DNA of 64,000 nucleotides from the human T2T-CHM13v2.0 reference genome, Homo sapiens (GCF_009914755.1 NC_060933.1), one strand, 5' to 3'; positions 1-14,562 are shown, counted from the first letter of the stretch. Translations and numbers: made by a program. The notes: generated from the letters alone by a model not told the origin.

Positions 1-852
1 TTCAATTATATCCAGACACATTACCCCTCTTTGCCTTCTTTGTAGTTATTAACAACTTAGTGCCTTAATGGCTCTTCCCTTGGCTGCTCACCATGTTTAT
101 ATCATATATCACTTTTGACCAGCTTTTCTGAAATGGTAAGCTTTGATGAATACTGTCCCTCTGACTCTAAAATTAAGACCATATAATCTTTAAAGGCTTT
201 CCAGCCCTAAAATAGTGCAATTCTAAATCTTTTCCATTGTGTGTTTTAGGCCATTAGGTAGCCGCTTGTTTATCTACAGAATGACCACTGGGGTCCACTC
301 TTATTTTTGAATAGTGATGAGTAAGGAAGAAAGAATATTGAAAAAACAATCCTGGAGTATAAAGGTAAAGAGTTTTAAAAATCAAAACATAAAATGTTTT
401 CTTATTGGAACAAACAACTAGGCCAGAACGACATGAATAATGCAAAAAATAAGTTTCTTGTCCCCCATCAAATAGATAAAATCATGGATTTAGAGTACTT
501 TTTATCTTTCCACAGTATATAGCAATCTTTCTAGAAGAGTGATCCACACTGGGATGCTTGCTGAAAATGCCGATTTCTAGTCTGTACATCAGATCTGCTG
601 AACTGGTTTCTGTGCAGAGTTAGTAAAGTGTCTGGAGCATATTAGGTGCTCAATAAATAGCAGCTATTTCTATTATTAACAGGTAGAATGATCAAACTAT
701 TTTGTATTTCTTTAATAAAAAAAAGAAGAATGCAAAGGAAACAAAGGCAAGATTTCCCTTAGTTGCCAAAGGCAATATCAAGGCCACTTTAGCAGAAACC
801 CAGGTGTAAAGGCTCAGATGAGAATGATGATGATAGTAATGAAGAACAAAAG

Positions 853-1158
853 GGCTGGGCATGGTGGCTCACCCCTGTAATCCCAGCACTTTGGGAGGCT
901 GAGGTGGGTAGATCACTTGAGGTCAGGAATTCAAGACCAGCCTGGCCAACATGTTGAAACCTCGACTCTACTAAAAAGGCAAAAATTAGCCAGACCTGGT
1001 GGTGGGTGCCTGTAATCCCAGCTACTTGGGAGGCCTGAGGTGGGAGAATTGCTTGAACTTGGGAGGTGGAGGCTCCAGTGAGCAGAGACTGTGCCACTGC
1101 ATTCCAGCCTGGGCAACAGAGTGAGACTCTATCTAAAAACAAAACAAAAACAGAAACA
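853..1158 (+). mobile_element. Full-length Alu (AluS-type, Sx/Sz-like) with degenerate A-rich tail
   Basis: Starts GGCTGGGCATGGTGGCTCAC; both arms, middle A-rich linker and (AAAAC)n tail present. Confidence 0.95.
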
Positions 1159-1160
1159 GG

Positions 1161-1310
1161 TAGGTTGAGGCAGGAGAATGGCGTGAACTCAGGAGGCGGA
1201 GCTTGCAGTGAGCTGAGATCATGCCACAGCACTCCAGCCTGGGCGACAGAGCAAGACTCCGTCTCCAAAAAAAAAAAAAAAAAAAAAAAAAGAACAACAA
1301 CAACAAAAAG
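1161..1310 (+). mobile_element. 5'-truncated AluY-like right arm appended to the tail of the upstream Alu
   Basis: GAGAATGGCGTGAAC and GGAGCTTGCAGTG are AluY-type diagnostics; long pure A tail followed by (AAC)n. Confidence 0.9.
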
Positions 1311-2412
1311 AAGGGCTTTGGTAATTTAAGTCAAAAGAAGGAAGAGCAAAGGAGTAATCCAAAGACAACCCCAAGTTCCCAGCCTGTATCAGCGATAAGC
1401 AGGAGGTAACTAAATTTTCAAAAGAATAGTGAAGGCAACAAATGTGAAAAAAAAAACTTCAAAGAATTAGCAGAGCCACGTGGCTGACCTAGAGCATTTG
1501 GGCCAGCTTTAGGAAAGGGATATATGGGACCCGTGTTTCATAGAAAAAACGGATGGTAATTTGTGACAGACATGATATGGGAAGGGGTGACAGAGAGTGA
1601 GGGTAAGCTAAAGGTAACTTTGAGATTTCAAGGCAGCGTGTGTGACAAAGATGGATGGTGTTTAATGTGCAGCCAAAAAAAAAAAAAAAAAAAAAAAAGC
1701 AAGAGTTGGCTAAGCTTTGTTTTTCTGGTGGTAGAAATGTGGCTTCGAATCCACTGTAAACTCTGGTATCTCTGGTTTATTCTGTTCTAAAAGGGCAACA
1801 CAGTTTATTAGTTAAAGCCAAAGGTTTGGTATTGCACAGAAGTCTGGACACACCGCCTAGCTCAAAGTTCCGTGACGCTTCTTTTTCATCCTTCTCTGCC
1901 TCTTTGACTTAATATGCACCTCCACTCCATGATTCACTTGGGTTTTGCAACAAATCCCTCCTGACAAGCCCACAAATCCTCCCAGACTTAGTGCAAAGTC
2001 ATGGAGCTGAACTAACTTCCCCAGTTCTTGTTTTGACGTTTGGGTTGTTATTTCAGGTGTGCAGAAAGAAGGCATCCTAACAACAGGATTAAAAATCTTA
2101 GAGAAAGACTCCTGGAAGGGTAGTTGGCCCTGCCACAGGACCCGGAGAGCTGTTCACACCCACGTGAATGACAACTGCAAGTTTCGGAGAGTTCCTGGAG
2201 GGAACCGCACAGCAGAAAGCTCGCAGCTTGATCCTGCAGATGCCAATTTGAGCTTGCAGCCTGATATGTGTTTTGATTTCAGGACTCAGCAAATTGGATG
2301 AGAAAGCCATAAATGGGTGATGAATATGAAACACAAATATCCTGTTTGTAATAAACTATCACCTGTCTTTTGAGAGACACATGTTTTGAGAGGTGAAACG
2401 TGGCTGAAGTTG

Positions 2413-2457
2413 GAAGTTTGAAATTTGCCGAAGTTTGAAATTTGCAGAAGTTTGAAA
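2413..2457. repeat. 17 bp tandem repeat, 2.6 copies
   Basis: GAAGTTTGAAATTTGCC / GAAGTTTGAAATTTGCA / GAAGTTTGAAA. Confidence 0.9.
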
Positions 2458-2821
2458 GTAATGCTATGGGGACATTACTGTTTGGGAAAAAAAATAGTCC
2501 TAAGGATGGAGGGATTCTACATCCATCTTATTCTGACTTTGATTCTTTTCTTGAGGAAACTGCTCTGGAAACGAAAACCTCACCTCTAGACAAGATTTGG
2601 GGTCATGTCAAGCAGCCAGGTGTATCCTCAAGGAAAAAAGGAACAGACAGCTGGAGCACTCTGCTTCAGAAATTCCCAGCAGCGTTAATGAGGCGGTCAG
2701 CCTCACACCTGCTGTAAGAAGGCAGGCTTCCTCCCATCAGGTGCATTGTCCATGCCGGCTAGAGAAATGTCTTTGATAGAATTCAAAAAGCCTTAAGATT
2801 TATAATAAAAAAGCCGAGCCC

Positions 2822-2990
2822 CAGTTGAGAAATTTTCATGAGCCTAAGCCCTGCCATGGGAGCTTATTAAAGAAACATACTCTCAGCCCCTGAGATTTTT
2901 ATTCAGCTGATTTGGGAATCTGAATTTTCAATGAGCACCCAGGTGATTCTGAAAGCATGTGCTCCAAGAATTACACTTAGAGAACCACTG
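2822..2990. mobile_element. MER5-family hAT-Charlie MITE
   Basis: GAATCTGAATTTTCAATGAGCACCCAGGTGATTCTGA...AGAACCACTG resembles MER5A/B core and terminus. Confidence 0.7.
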
Positions 2991-3055
2991 AATTAGCAAA
3001 AGATATAAAAAAGGGGGGAAGAACTGACCTACCTTCCTTCCCCCCACAGATATTT

Positions 3056-3120
3056 TCTTTTAATTTTTATTTCAATCATTTTTGGAGAACAGGTGGTTTT
3101 TGGTTACATGGAAAAGTCAC
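3056..3120 (-). mobile_element. Very short L1 3' tip (L1PB/L1MA-like)
   Basis: TTTTATTTCAATCATTTTTGGAGAACAGGTGGTTTTTGGTTACATGGA is the antisense L1PB terminus; flanked by CCACAG(A/C)TATTT direct repeats. Confidence 0.75.
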
Positions 3121-3124
3121 TTCC

Positions 3125-3800
3125 ACAGCTATTTATTGAACCGTTGCTATGCCCAAATACTTTGCTACATAACAGGGATACAATGGTATATTAGTTTCCT
3201 GGGGCTGGTGTAACAAATTATCACAAACTGAATGGCTAGAAACAACTGAAATTCATTCTTTCAGAGTTTGGGAGGCCAGAGGTCCAAAATCAAGGTGTTG
3301 GCAGTGTCGGTTCTTTCTGGAGGCTCTAACGGAGAAACTGTTTCATGCCTCTCCCCTTGCTTCTGGTGGTCACTAGGAATCCATTGTGTTCTTTGGCTTA
3401 TAGATGCACTCTACCAGGTTCTGCCTCCGTCTTTACTTCACCTTCTCTGTGTCTCTGTATGTCCTTTTCTGTATCTTATAAAGATATTCACATTGGATTT
3501 AGTGCCAACTCTTATCCAGTATGATCTCATATTAATTCTTACTTTAAATACATCTGCAAAGACTCTATTTCCAAATAACATCACATACTGAGGTTCCAGG
3601 TGGAGATGAATTTGGATGGTGGCAGGGAGATGACACTATTCAACCCACAACAAATAATGAACCTAAACTGAGCTGGTCCCTGCCCTCACGGAGCTTATAG
3701 TCCAGTTGGGGAGATAGATATTAACCAAGTAATCACACAAGAAATATAAAAGTTCAACTGGGAAAGTGCTATAAAGCAAAGGTGCATCATGCTGAGAGCA
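3125..3800 (-). mobile_element. L2 3' fragment split by an MLT1C insertion
   Basis: ATTTATTGAACC...GGGATACA before the LTR; GTCCCTGCCCTCACGGAGCTTATAGTCCAG after it. Confidence 0.7.
3187..3652 (-). mobile_element. MaLR solo LTR (MLT1C-like)
   Basis: TATATTAGTTTCCTGGGGCTG...ACACTATTCAACCCACAACA; ~466 bp; typical MLT1 motifs such as GGAGGCCAGAGGTCCAAAATCAAGGTG. Confidence 0.88.
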
Positions 3801-6639
3801 GCCATGTGTAATCCATCAATCAAGTGCTATTTAATTTGCCCTTACTCTTCATTTTTCTAACTATTATTTGTTACTAAGGGTGCCAAAGGAAAAAGAAGTA
3901 TAAGGTCTAATCTCCTGACTTCAGGAGGCTGACAATACATTTAGGGTGATGGGGCAACTATAATACATATTAACCAAATATAAAATAATAGCCTATATTA
4001 CCCAATGAAGCACCAAACTGCATGGTAATATAAGTGCAATAAGTATTCAAGAAGGAGCAGGTACAGGAAGATGGGTAGATAGTTTTTATTTGGGCAGAAG
4101 AGAGAAGATTTCGGTAAAGGTAAATATTTTACCTTCTCCCTGTTGTAATTCATCATCAGCCTCATGGTTTCTAAGAGAGTCATCAAGACACAACAAATGC
4201 AGTAAACCACACAAGGGTTAGGTGCTACAGCAGTCATTCTAAAAGCTTGGATGGCTGGCTTTTACTGCCACCAAATTCATGGCTTTCTAGGGCAATAATT
4301 TCCATGTCCTGCAGCTGTGCTCTTCGTAATATTCCACTTAAGTCAATTAGGGGACTTTAAATATTTGATCTAATTCAATACTAGCCCTGCTTGGTCTGTG
4401 GGTAGGTCTAAGATCATGCCTCACACATAGTAAGAGTGTAATAATAAATGCTTGCTGAATTATTTAAGTAAAACAAGTCTACTTCAGCAAAACTTCTCTG
4501 TGTGTGTCTCTCTCAATAAAAAAGATAAGAAGAAAGGGCAGGAAAAATTTGGAGAACAGGAAAAGTTCTGCTTTCAATATTCTCTATTTATGTTTTATAT
4601 TCTTTTGTTCACTAATTCAAATCTACCTACCATTTATAGATGATTTAACAGGCCTTAAACACTTTACTAGTGCTTTACATCCACTATCGTACAAACATCC
4701 TGCTAAGAGATGTTATTATCCCCATTTTACAGAGAGATCATTCTGAAATTGTAAGCCAAGGCCTCCTGATCCTAAAATTTATGCTAAGCTCTCTAGGCGT
4801 CTGTATCTGGGGAGGGGGACAACTTTCAACATATTTAATGTCAGTAACTGTGTCAAATTTGGGCACAGTAATTGTGCCCGAAGAAGTCTTACAAACCTAC
4901 CCACTATCACAGCTCCACTGTGAGAACCCTATTGTTATAATGAAACAGATTCCCTTTACATTTCTTAACTTGGACTTCTGGCTTATTTTTCCTTCCTTTT
5001 AGGCCTGTCTTCTAAGATTTTTAACGTAAACTTTCCTCATTTAGAAGCCTCGTTCAGTTCGGGTTTGTCAATCTTAGGATAACCCTGGTTCAATTCCCTT
5101 CTATCCTGAAGTGCGAATTTGTAATCCCCATATTCCTATATCCCTTGGAGATGAATAGTGGGCGGGTCTGAATCCCAAGCACTGAGAACCTTTAAGGAAT
5201 TGTTTCTTAAGGAGATTTAGGGGCACAAGAACAGACCACATATGTTGAGAGCACTAAATAACTCGAAGACAACAAAGGTCCCATTTTGAGCACTGCTTTT
5301 AGAAATAACAGCGTCTTGGTTGCCCATGAATTGCTTTTCAGTGAGCCAGACTGACCAATGTTTTGCCTGAATGTCCCTCAGTAAGTCTGCCTATGGAGAG
5401 TTTCTAGAGAGAAATCTGCCTCTGAAACTAAACTGACGATTTCTTTCCTGGGCAGTTTAATGCAGCCTGTTATTGCTATGCTAATGTAGCCTCTGTTACT
5501 ACTGAGGGGACTTTATAGAATGCTAAGATGTGTGCGAGCTGCATTCTATAAACCAATTAATAATATTTGCTGGAGTGCAAAAGCCATCAATCTACTTGGC
5601 AACTAACCCAACCTTAAGCGCACAGTGGACTAAGAAAAGATAATTAGTGTGGGAGGTAGACTTTGGGGAAAGGGAGATGGCAGCATTTGAGCATCAAGAG
5701 TTACCCACCAATCTTGTAAGGAAATAAACTCCTCTTCAAGAAAATTATACACTCAGCATGTCTCCTTAACTATCCAAAGAAGAGGAATTCTTAAACAGCT
5801 GATTCCAGAATTCTTTTTCACTCAGCAGCAGGAATATCCCAATATGGAGGATGAGTGCAAGGGCACTTTTAGACTTCATAGATCCTACACCTTCATCATT
5901 TCAAACATATCCACATTCTCATTAAATATGTACTCTGAAGGTAAACATTTTTAAAAAGAAATTTATTTATAATTTTGCTTTCAAAAATATGTGGCCACAG
6001 GTCACTCATTTAATTTGTCATTGATTATAATGTCTCAGAAATCATCCTACATTCTCTGGAGGACTTGAAAATTATTTCCAACCATAACAAAATATAATAA
6101 TGAGTAAGGTTGTCATAATGTTTCATTTTGTAAACACGTAAATGTACATGTAAGAATTTTGATTTTGCAATTTTGTTTTTGTATTTGGAGACATTTTCTT
6201 TTTAGGATTTGATCATCTTAGTAAGACCTTGAGAAGGTTCTAGCCCCAGGCATTCTATCTGCTGGATGCAACAGACAGAATAGCCCTGGATGGGTGCCCT
6301 CCTTTCTCTTCGGTTGATGACTATAGCCATTATGATTTTCTACTAAACGATCTTGCTTCTATTTAATGTTTTCCAAACAACCCCCTGGTTGTAACTTGAC
6401 CATTCAAAATCTTTCCTACACGAATGAAATGTGCTGAGCAATTAAATATGGTACTGTGTATAATAAATGTGTGTGCATATAAGCATTACTATCTATAAAA
6501 TTTATTGAATGGTAACTATGTCAGGCACGACTTTATTATCTCCCTCTATATGTCATTGTGCTTTATAAAAATAATTGACTAAAGGGAAAAAAAAAGAAAG
6601 AGCAGAGGTAAAGATTAGAGAATGAGAAAAATAGAGATG

Positions 6640-6870
6640 GTGGAGTATAATGGCTTAGCATTAGATTTCTAGAGAGAGATTCCAAGGTTCCACTACCAGA
6701 TCCTTCTCTATTAAATTGCAGTACAACCTGGGGCAACTTATTAAACACCACTGAACTTTGCTTTCATTATTTATAAAATAGAACTAAACATAGAATCTAG
6801 TTCAGATAATTTTTATGAAAAATAAAGTACCAGACAATAATGAATAGTTAATAAATATTAATCATTATTT
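6640..6870 (+). mobile_element. MIR SINE
   Basis: CCTGGGGCAACTTATTAAAC...CTTTCATTATTTATAAAATAG core; AATAAATATTA end. Confidence 0.65.
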
Positions 6871-7944
6871 TGAAATCAGCTTGAAAAATTAACCTGAAAT
6901 TGGATCTCCTTGAGCCTTAATACTAAGCAACATTTTTGGGGCCAGATCTGAAGAAAGCAAAAACTTTGTCTAGGATGTTATCATACAGTACACTCAATGA
7001 AGAGGAAAATGTTGACAAGTTTAGCATTTGGGCAGTCTTTGAATTTTCCATGACTCCAATACTTCATTTTGTTTCTGTTGCTTTGAAGTTAAAACATTTT
7101 AAGGCATTTTTCTTCCCTTACTCTTTTGAAAATGCAAAACATTGAACAAAGGAAGAAAAATACCCTCCATGGCTTAGACATTCTAGAGGTCACAGAATCT
7201 TCAAAGTTTCTCAATTGTGGGCCAGCTGCTCTGCTCTTCCATCTCCCAATACAGAACAGATTTTCAGCCCAGAATTCACAATGTTCCTTTCATGTCCTTC
7301 ATTAAAGGATTTTTGCATGATAGCAACTCCAGCTTCATTTCTCTTTTTTCTCTTTTGGCCAGTATCTTATCTGGCAGCTTTATCAGTTAAATATTCATTG
7401 GTCAAATTAGAATTCAGCCAAATGCCTTCCTATTTAAAATGGCTGGGTGAATATAGTGATCATTTGTCAATGTCCCCTTCTGAATTGTTAGTGAGATAGA
7501 CCTGAACACATTATGTGAGACAGAAAATGAATAGTTTTTGCTGCTATGGTTACAGCTAGGGTAGGGGTAGTTGTTTACAAGTTATCTTTGTTTTCAGACC
7601 CCATACATGCACATACACGCTTGGGTATTGAAGTCCTAAATATTCTAGTAAAGTATCCATTTCAAAGATTCTATCCCAATGTCTCTATTAATCCTCATAT
7701 CATTGTTAGATTATTTAACATAATTTTCTCTTCAACAGTTATAATTTCATATAACTCTCAAATGTGATATCACAGATATCATATGGCTACTCTCCTCAAG
7801 CGGTCTGTGAATTAACAGATTTTTGCTTATGTTGAAAACTCATTTCTCAATATCATAGTTTATTTCCTTTTTCTTAAACAGTATCTGTTTAAACAAAAAT
7901 AACATAAGGAGAATAGTTCAGCAGTTTATCAGTTTCCTAATGAA

Positions 7945-8742
<798 letters not shown>

Positions 8743-8869
8743 TAGTAAATGACCATTATAAATGCAATCTGACGTGTATATAATCGTCTTTTAAAACAGT
8801 CTTTTAGTTAAGATAATTAGTTAAATCAACCAGTTAATCTATTCAAGCAAGGAACAAGTTTTCTTGCTT

Positions 8870-10460
8870 CTATCTAAGGCCAATTCTTCTTGTTGTCTAC
8901 GATATCCAGCTTCTCTCGGTTTCTTAAAAGCTTTGCTCCAAAAGCACATCAGAAATCTTACTCATTTTACCACATTATTTTCAACAGCATACAGACATGC
9001 TGCTTTCTCTCATCTTAAAAACACACAGTCCGATACTTTCACACCTTGCCACCACTTCTCCCTCCAGGTAGTGCCCTCTCACTACTGCCCCACTCTGTTA
9101 CTCTTTGCAGCAAACTCCCAGATAGAAGTGTCCATATTTGCTGTTGTCCATTCATTTATTTCATTCTATCTGTAATACACTTTTATTGCACGTTGGCCTC
9201 CACTACTCTATGGAAATTGTTCTTGTCAAGTTCATGACTGACTTTCCATAGCTAACTCCAATTGATGGTCAATTCCTAATTTTTATTATAGTTGGACTAT
9301 CAGAAATGTTCACCCTCCTCCTTGAATAACATATTAATTTGGCTTTCATCTCATCATACTTTTCCATTTTGTTATGTTTTGTTTTCCATCATATGGGCCA
9401 CTTTTTCTCAGTTTCCTTTGCCTTTTCTTTTCAAAACCCTAATGTCTAACCATTAGAGTTCATAGGGCTTTCTCTCTTCTCTGTCTACACATTCTCTCAT
9501 CCAGGTCTGTAAGATGTATTTATGTAAATACCATGTACACACCGAAGACTCCAAATTTATAGCTCCAGAATTTTCCCCTCTGAATGCTAGGCTTATATAT
9601 ACAATTCCATGATATCTCTCTTAGAAGTATAATAGGTATTCAGCCAGGCGTGGTGGCTCACCCCTGTAATCCCAGCACTTTGGGACCTGAGGTGGGCAGA
9701 TCACGAGGTCAGGAGTTCGAGACCAGCTTGGCCAACATGGTGAAACCCATCTCTACTAAAAATACAAAAAATTAGCTGGGCATGGTGGCACGCGCCTGTA
9801 ATCCCAGCTACTCGGAGGCTGAGGCAGGAGAATTGCTTGAACCCGGGAGGCAGAGGTTTCAGTGCACCGAGATCACGCCACTGCACTCCAGCCTGGGTGA
9901 TGGAGCAAGACTCCATCTCAAAAAAAAAAAAAAAAAAAAAGTGTAATAGGTATTCAAATGTACATGAACAAAACAGAACTCTTGGTTCTTACCTTCTAGA
10001 CTCCCTCTTTCTACATCTTAAAAAATGTAACCAACTGCTGAGGCCAAAAATTTGGAGTCATTTCTGACTCCTCTTTTTGCAAACCCTATATCCAATCCAT
10101 TAATATCTGTTGGCTCTAACAGCAACAGATATCCAGAATCCAACCTTTTCTTATCAACTCCACTGCTACCACCAAATTTAAAACACCATCACTCTTCACA
10201 CTGATCAGTATAGAAGCTTCTTAACTTGCTTTTCTGCTCCCATTCCTGTATCTCTATAGTGTATTTTCCATGCATCAGTGAAAGTAATCTTTTGAAAATA
10301 TAATGATTTTATTACTACTCAAAATCCTCATCACATTTAGAAAAATCACCAAAGTCCTTACTCTCAAGAGTAAGCCTGAGGTGCTGTGTAGTTTTTAGTC
10401 CTCTCAAACCTCATCTCCTAACATTTCTTCCCCCATACTCACTTTCCTTCGGTCACATTA
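8870..10460 (+). mobile_element. L2 LINE fragment interrupted by an Alu
   Basis: Pyrimidine-rich L2 motifs: CTCCAAATTTATAGCTCCAG, ATCCAATCCATTAA, ATATCCAGAATCCAACC. Confidence 0.75.
9642..9940 (+). mobile_element. Full-length AluSg-like
   Basis: GATCACGAGGTCAGGAGTTCGAGACC; poly-A tail; TSD AAGT(A/G)TAATAGGTATTCA. Confidence 0.95.
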
Positions 10461-11046
10461 CCTTAAATTATATTTAAGGAGGGAAACATACAAAAATAAA
10501 CAATTCTGTCTAAGAGTAATGACTCAAGCTTAGGATTTAATGAAAATCAAGGTGAGGGGATTCAAGAAAGTGGTCATGGAGAAGTTGACATTTGAGCCAT
10601 GTTTTAGGAATGGGTATAATGTTGAAAAGCAGAGCTCGGAAGATGGAAGACATGGTTGGATGTGTTATATCAACCTAAATAAACTGAGCACCTACTATGT
10701 CCCAGAGACTATGGAGTATAAAAAACTGAGTGCAGGTAGGAGAGCCTATGTATACCTGGGGTATATATGTTCCTGGTTTTCTGGGGAATGCTGAGTATCC
10801 TTAATGCAAATAGACAGTTGTCTACAACAGTTAAGGGAGAAGAAAAAACATGATATCCAGCGAGTGCACTAGCCAATGGCAATGCATAGCTTCTCTTCTT
10901 CCACCTTCCTCCACTCTCTCATCATGTTTAGTGCTCAGTAAATCAATTCTTGAATGATTGTATTAATGCATGCACACTTAATGTGTGCCAAGTACAATCT
11001 AAGCACTGGGTACAAATAATTTTAGGGTTATTAAGAAGTAGAAATT

Positions 11047-11394
<348 letters not shown>

Positions 11395-11742
11395 TTAGGG
11401 TGATAGGCTTAAAATAATTACAGAAATATAGAATGCAGAAGAGAGGGCTTGTTTTGGGTAAAAGAAAGATCCCGTAGCACTGCTCACCCTATGCAAGTAC
11501 TGCTCACCCATGCTACCATCCAAATGCCTATAAAGCACAATTCTTTTGAGCTTTAATTACCTTTCTGTCTCCTCACTGTGCCACCATTGCAAGTGTTTCC
11601 TTCATGGGATCAATTAAAATACTCACCTCAAAAATGTGTTTTGGCAAAGAGGGTATTTGAAACAATGAAAATAAATTACATGGGTATGGATTGTTGGATG
11701 TCAATTATAAAACCAGGTGGTATAGAACATATCATACATTAA

Positions 11743-11749
11743 ACACACA

Positions 11750-11799
<50 letters not shown>
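11743..11799. repeat. Compound (AC)n(AG)n microsatellite
   Basis: Seen directly. Confidence 0.97.
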
Positions 11800-13849
11800 C
11801 TTTGATATGCTTTGATGTTTTCCAAAATTTCAAAAGTGTATGTTCAGTTTATAAGGGGCCAGTAAATATTATTTGCCTGTCTATTTTTAAGAGTGAAAGC
11901 CATACTTAGATATATCTTAGAAAAATATTCTAAAACACATCATATATAGAAGAGGGAAATAACTGCTTCTTTTTATTCAGTGCTTACTTTCTGCCAGACG
12001 TAGCTGAACATTTTATATGTGCAAGCCCAATTAATTTCTCAATGACACAGATTACCAAAAAAAAAAGATGCTTAAGTTATGATTTGCCACGAAGTAGTGC
12101 AAGTAGAGAGTAGACGACAAAGCAGCCCAGCATGGAGGCCAATGTAGAAAATGTGATTCTTTTGTCCTTCTAGCCCCTCAGCTACTCTCCCATGTCAGGC
12201 CTTCACTAGACAAGCTCAGAGAGAATCACTAGACAACAGTGGTCAGGAGGCCTTTACACCTGTGTGCAGAGTGGGGAGTGGATTAGAAACTGGGAGATGA
12301 CCTGGGGAGAACTGTGGGAAGTCCTGCTGTCCAGACCATCTGGGAGAGGAGGTGGAGAGCCACCCCAAAGCCAGTCCCATCCCCCAGCATTTTCTGTGGC
12401 AGACTGGGTGAGAGGCATGGGGAGAGTGTGGAGAGGCTGGAGCCCAGCTGAGAACATAATAACCTCTTTCCTTTTTATGGATCTGTAGGAAAATATATTA
12501 AGGGGTCAAAAAGATCCATCCTACACTATTTAAGGGAAAAAACTCCTTGCTAGAGATGATCCTTACCAAATAAATTCTTAGAAATTCTTTCAGAATTTCA
12601 TATTCCTTTTCTGATTGGTGAGGAGCAGGGACAGGGATAATCTTCAGTTTATTCTGTCACATTCTAAAATGTCTGTTACTCAGTGCTCCATGTAGAAGGG
12701 ATGTGGTTGCCTATTTGCCCTGACTGGGAAATAACAAATTTAACATGAGATTGACAGTTTAACTCTCCTAGACTTCAAAAAAGCTTTTCTATGCAAAGAT
12801 ATGGGAAATAAGAAAAAGTATCACCTCCAGTTTTACCAGCAGATATATTATTGTAAATATAGGAGTAGAATTAGAATAATCCCTCTTTAAATTAAAATCC
12901 TGGTTCTCTCTTCTTGCCATCCCTATTATATATTTGTAGCCTCATTTGTTTCTGGGCCAGGAAATTGTAGCAAATACCAGGTGGGAGAGAAGTACACTTT
13001 TCTACTGTGCCCATAGCGAGCGTAATGATGGCCGTCCTCTTTGTCCCCAGTGGAAGTCCCTTGATAAATATCAATGAAGTGATGTTTTCCTTCCCAGGGA
13101 GGAGGTGATATTGTGAACTTGCCACTGTGATCATTAATACTTAACAAGACCTTCTCTTCCTTTACCAAAGACAGCCCTGGGGACCATTCACAATGCTTTG
13201 TAGTGAAGAATGACATTAACCTTTTGTAGAGGAGCTCACAGGTCTATTAGAGAATTCATTATGCAGGGACTGGCTAGAGAAGGGGTCTGTATATAATCTC
13301 TTAGGCAAACAAAGTGACTTAATTCAATATTTGAGGTGTTAATAGATCTTCTCACAATTGTAGTTTAATTGAACCTGCCCCTGTCCCAAGTGACACGTGG
13401 ACAGGAATAACAGAGGGTCTACAAACTGGTCACAATACAATATGGATTGGCCAGTCTCAACTGACAAGCCACATTCAGGGACACCGACTGAGTACTTCAG
13501 TAAAGCATTAGGTGCTTTGGGGAATGCACTGATGAACAATGGCTGGCAGGAGTACCCTCGATCTCCTATGACAGGCCTCATGATAAATACCAATACTGTG
13601 AAAGAACTGTTCCTTCTCGGACACTAAAATATATAGACCATGCATTCCCATGGAAATATCTAATAATCTGGAAAGAAGTGTACATTTCCCTCAAATACTA
13701 TAGACTTGCATAAGCTTAAGTCCTGTCACTTGTGTAGCAAATAAATTCCTTTCTGATTCACGAATTCAACTGTGACTCCAATCAGTTTTAGGGAAGAAGG
13801 AAGGCAGGAATAAAAGTTAGCAGACATCAAATATCTACCTTATCCTGGG

Positions 13850-14015
13850 ATCACACAGAGATATCTAATTTAATAAATGCTGGAATCCAGTGTGGTTCAT
13901 ATTCTCATCTCCATTTCACAAATAAAGAAATTGAAAGCATTCAGGGAGGTTAAAGTGGCTTGTTAAAGCTCACACCTTAGAAAACTAGAGGTGTAAAGTC
14001 AGAGATTCACAGCCT
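13850..14015 (-). mobile_element. MIR SINE
   Basis: CTCCATTTCACAAATAAAGAAATTGAA...GGAGGTTAAAGTGGCTTG. Confidence 0.65.
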
Positions 14016-14264
14016 TGTGTTTCCGTTGTTCTTCAACTTGATTTTCGAAAGTATGGAAGAAAACTTCAACGATATCTAATGTAAACAGATGTTCTTATTT
14101 CTTTAGAAAAGAAGGGTTCACAAGAAGTTGGGTGTTAACAGCAGGGCTGGAAATTTGGCTTGGTGTACCTAGAAATTAATCCTACCCTAACAAGCAAACC
14201 TAACATCTCTTCTTAGGCTTTTCACTTTTAAAACAACAATGATACGTGTAAGAAATGAATGCAT

Positions 14265-14562
<298 letters not shown>

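Noticed and set aside
789-1268. 159 aa ORF and other Alu-overlapping ORFs (8404, 16763, 32664, 51556)
   Set aside because: Translations of antisense Alu sequence; typical artefacts
1675-1698. Isolated poly-A tract (also 8703-8727) as a possible retrocopy tail
   Set aside because: No poly(A) signal, TSD or recognisable upstream mRNA
11479-11513. 20 bp-period repeat ACTGCTCACCC(T)ATGC
   Set aside because: Two imperfect copies; ordinary slippage
13339-13627. Overlapping 84 aa and 76 aa ORFs in unique DNA
   Set aside because: No recognisable domain, no convincing splice frame, non-ATG starts; lengths expected by chance
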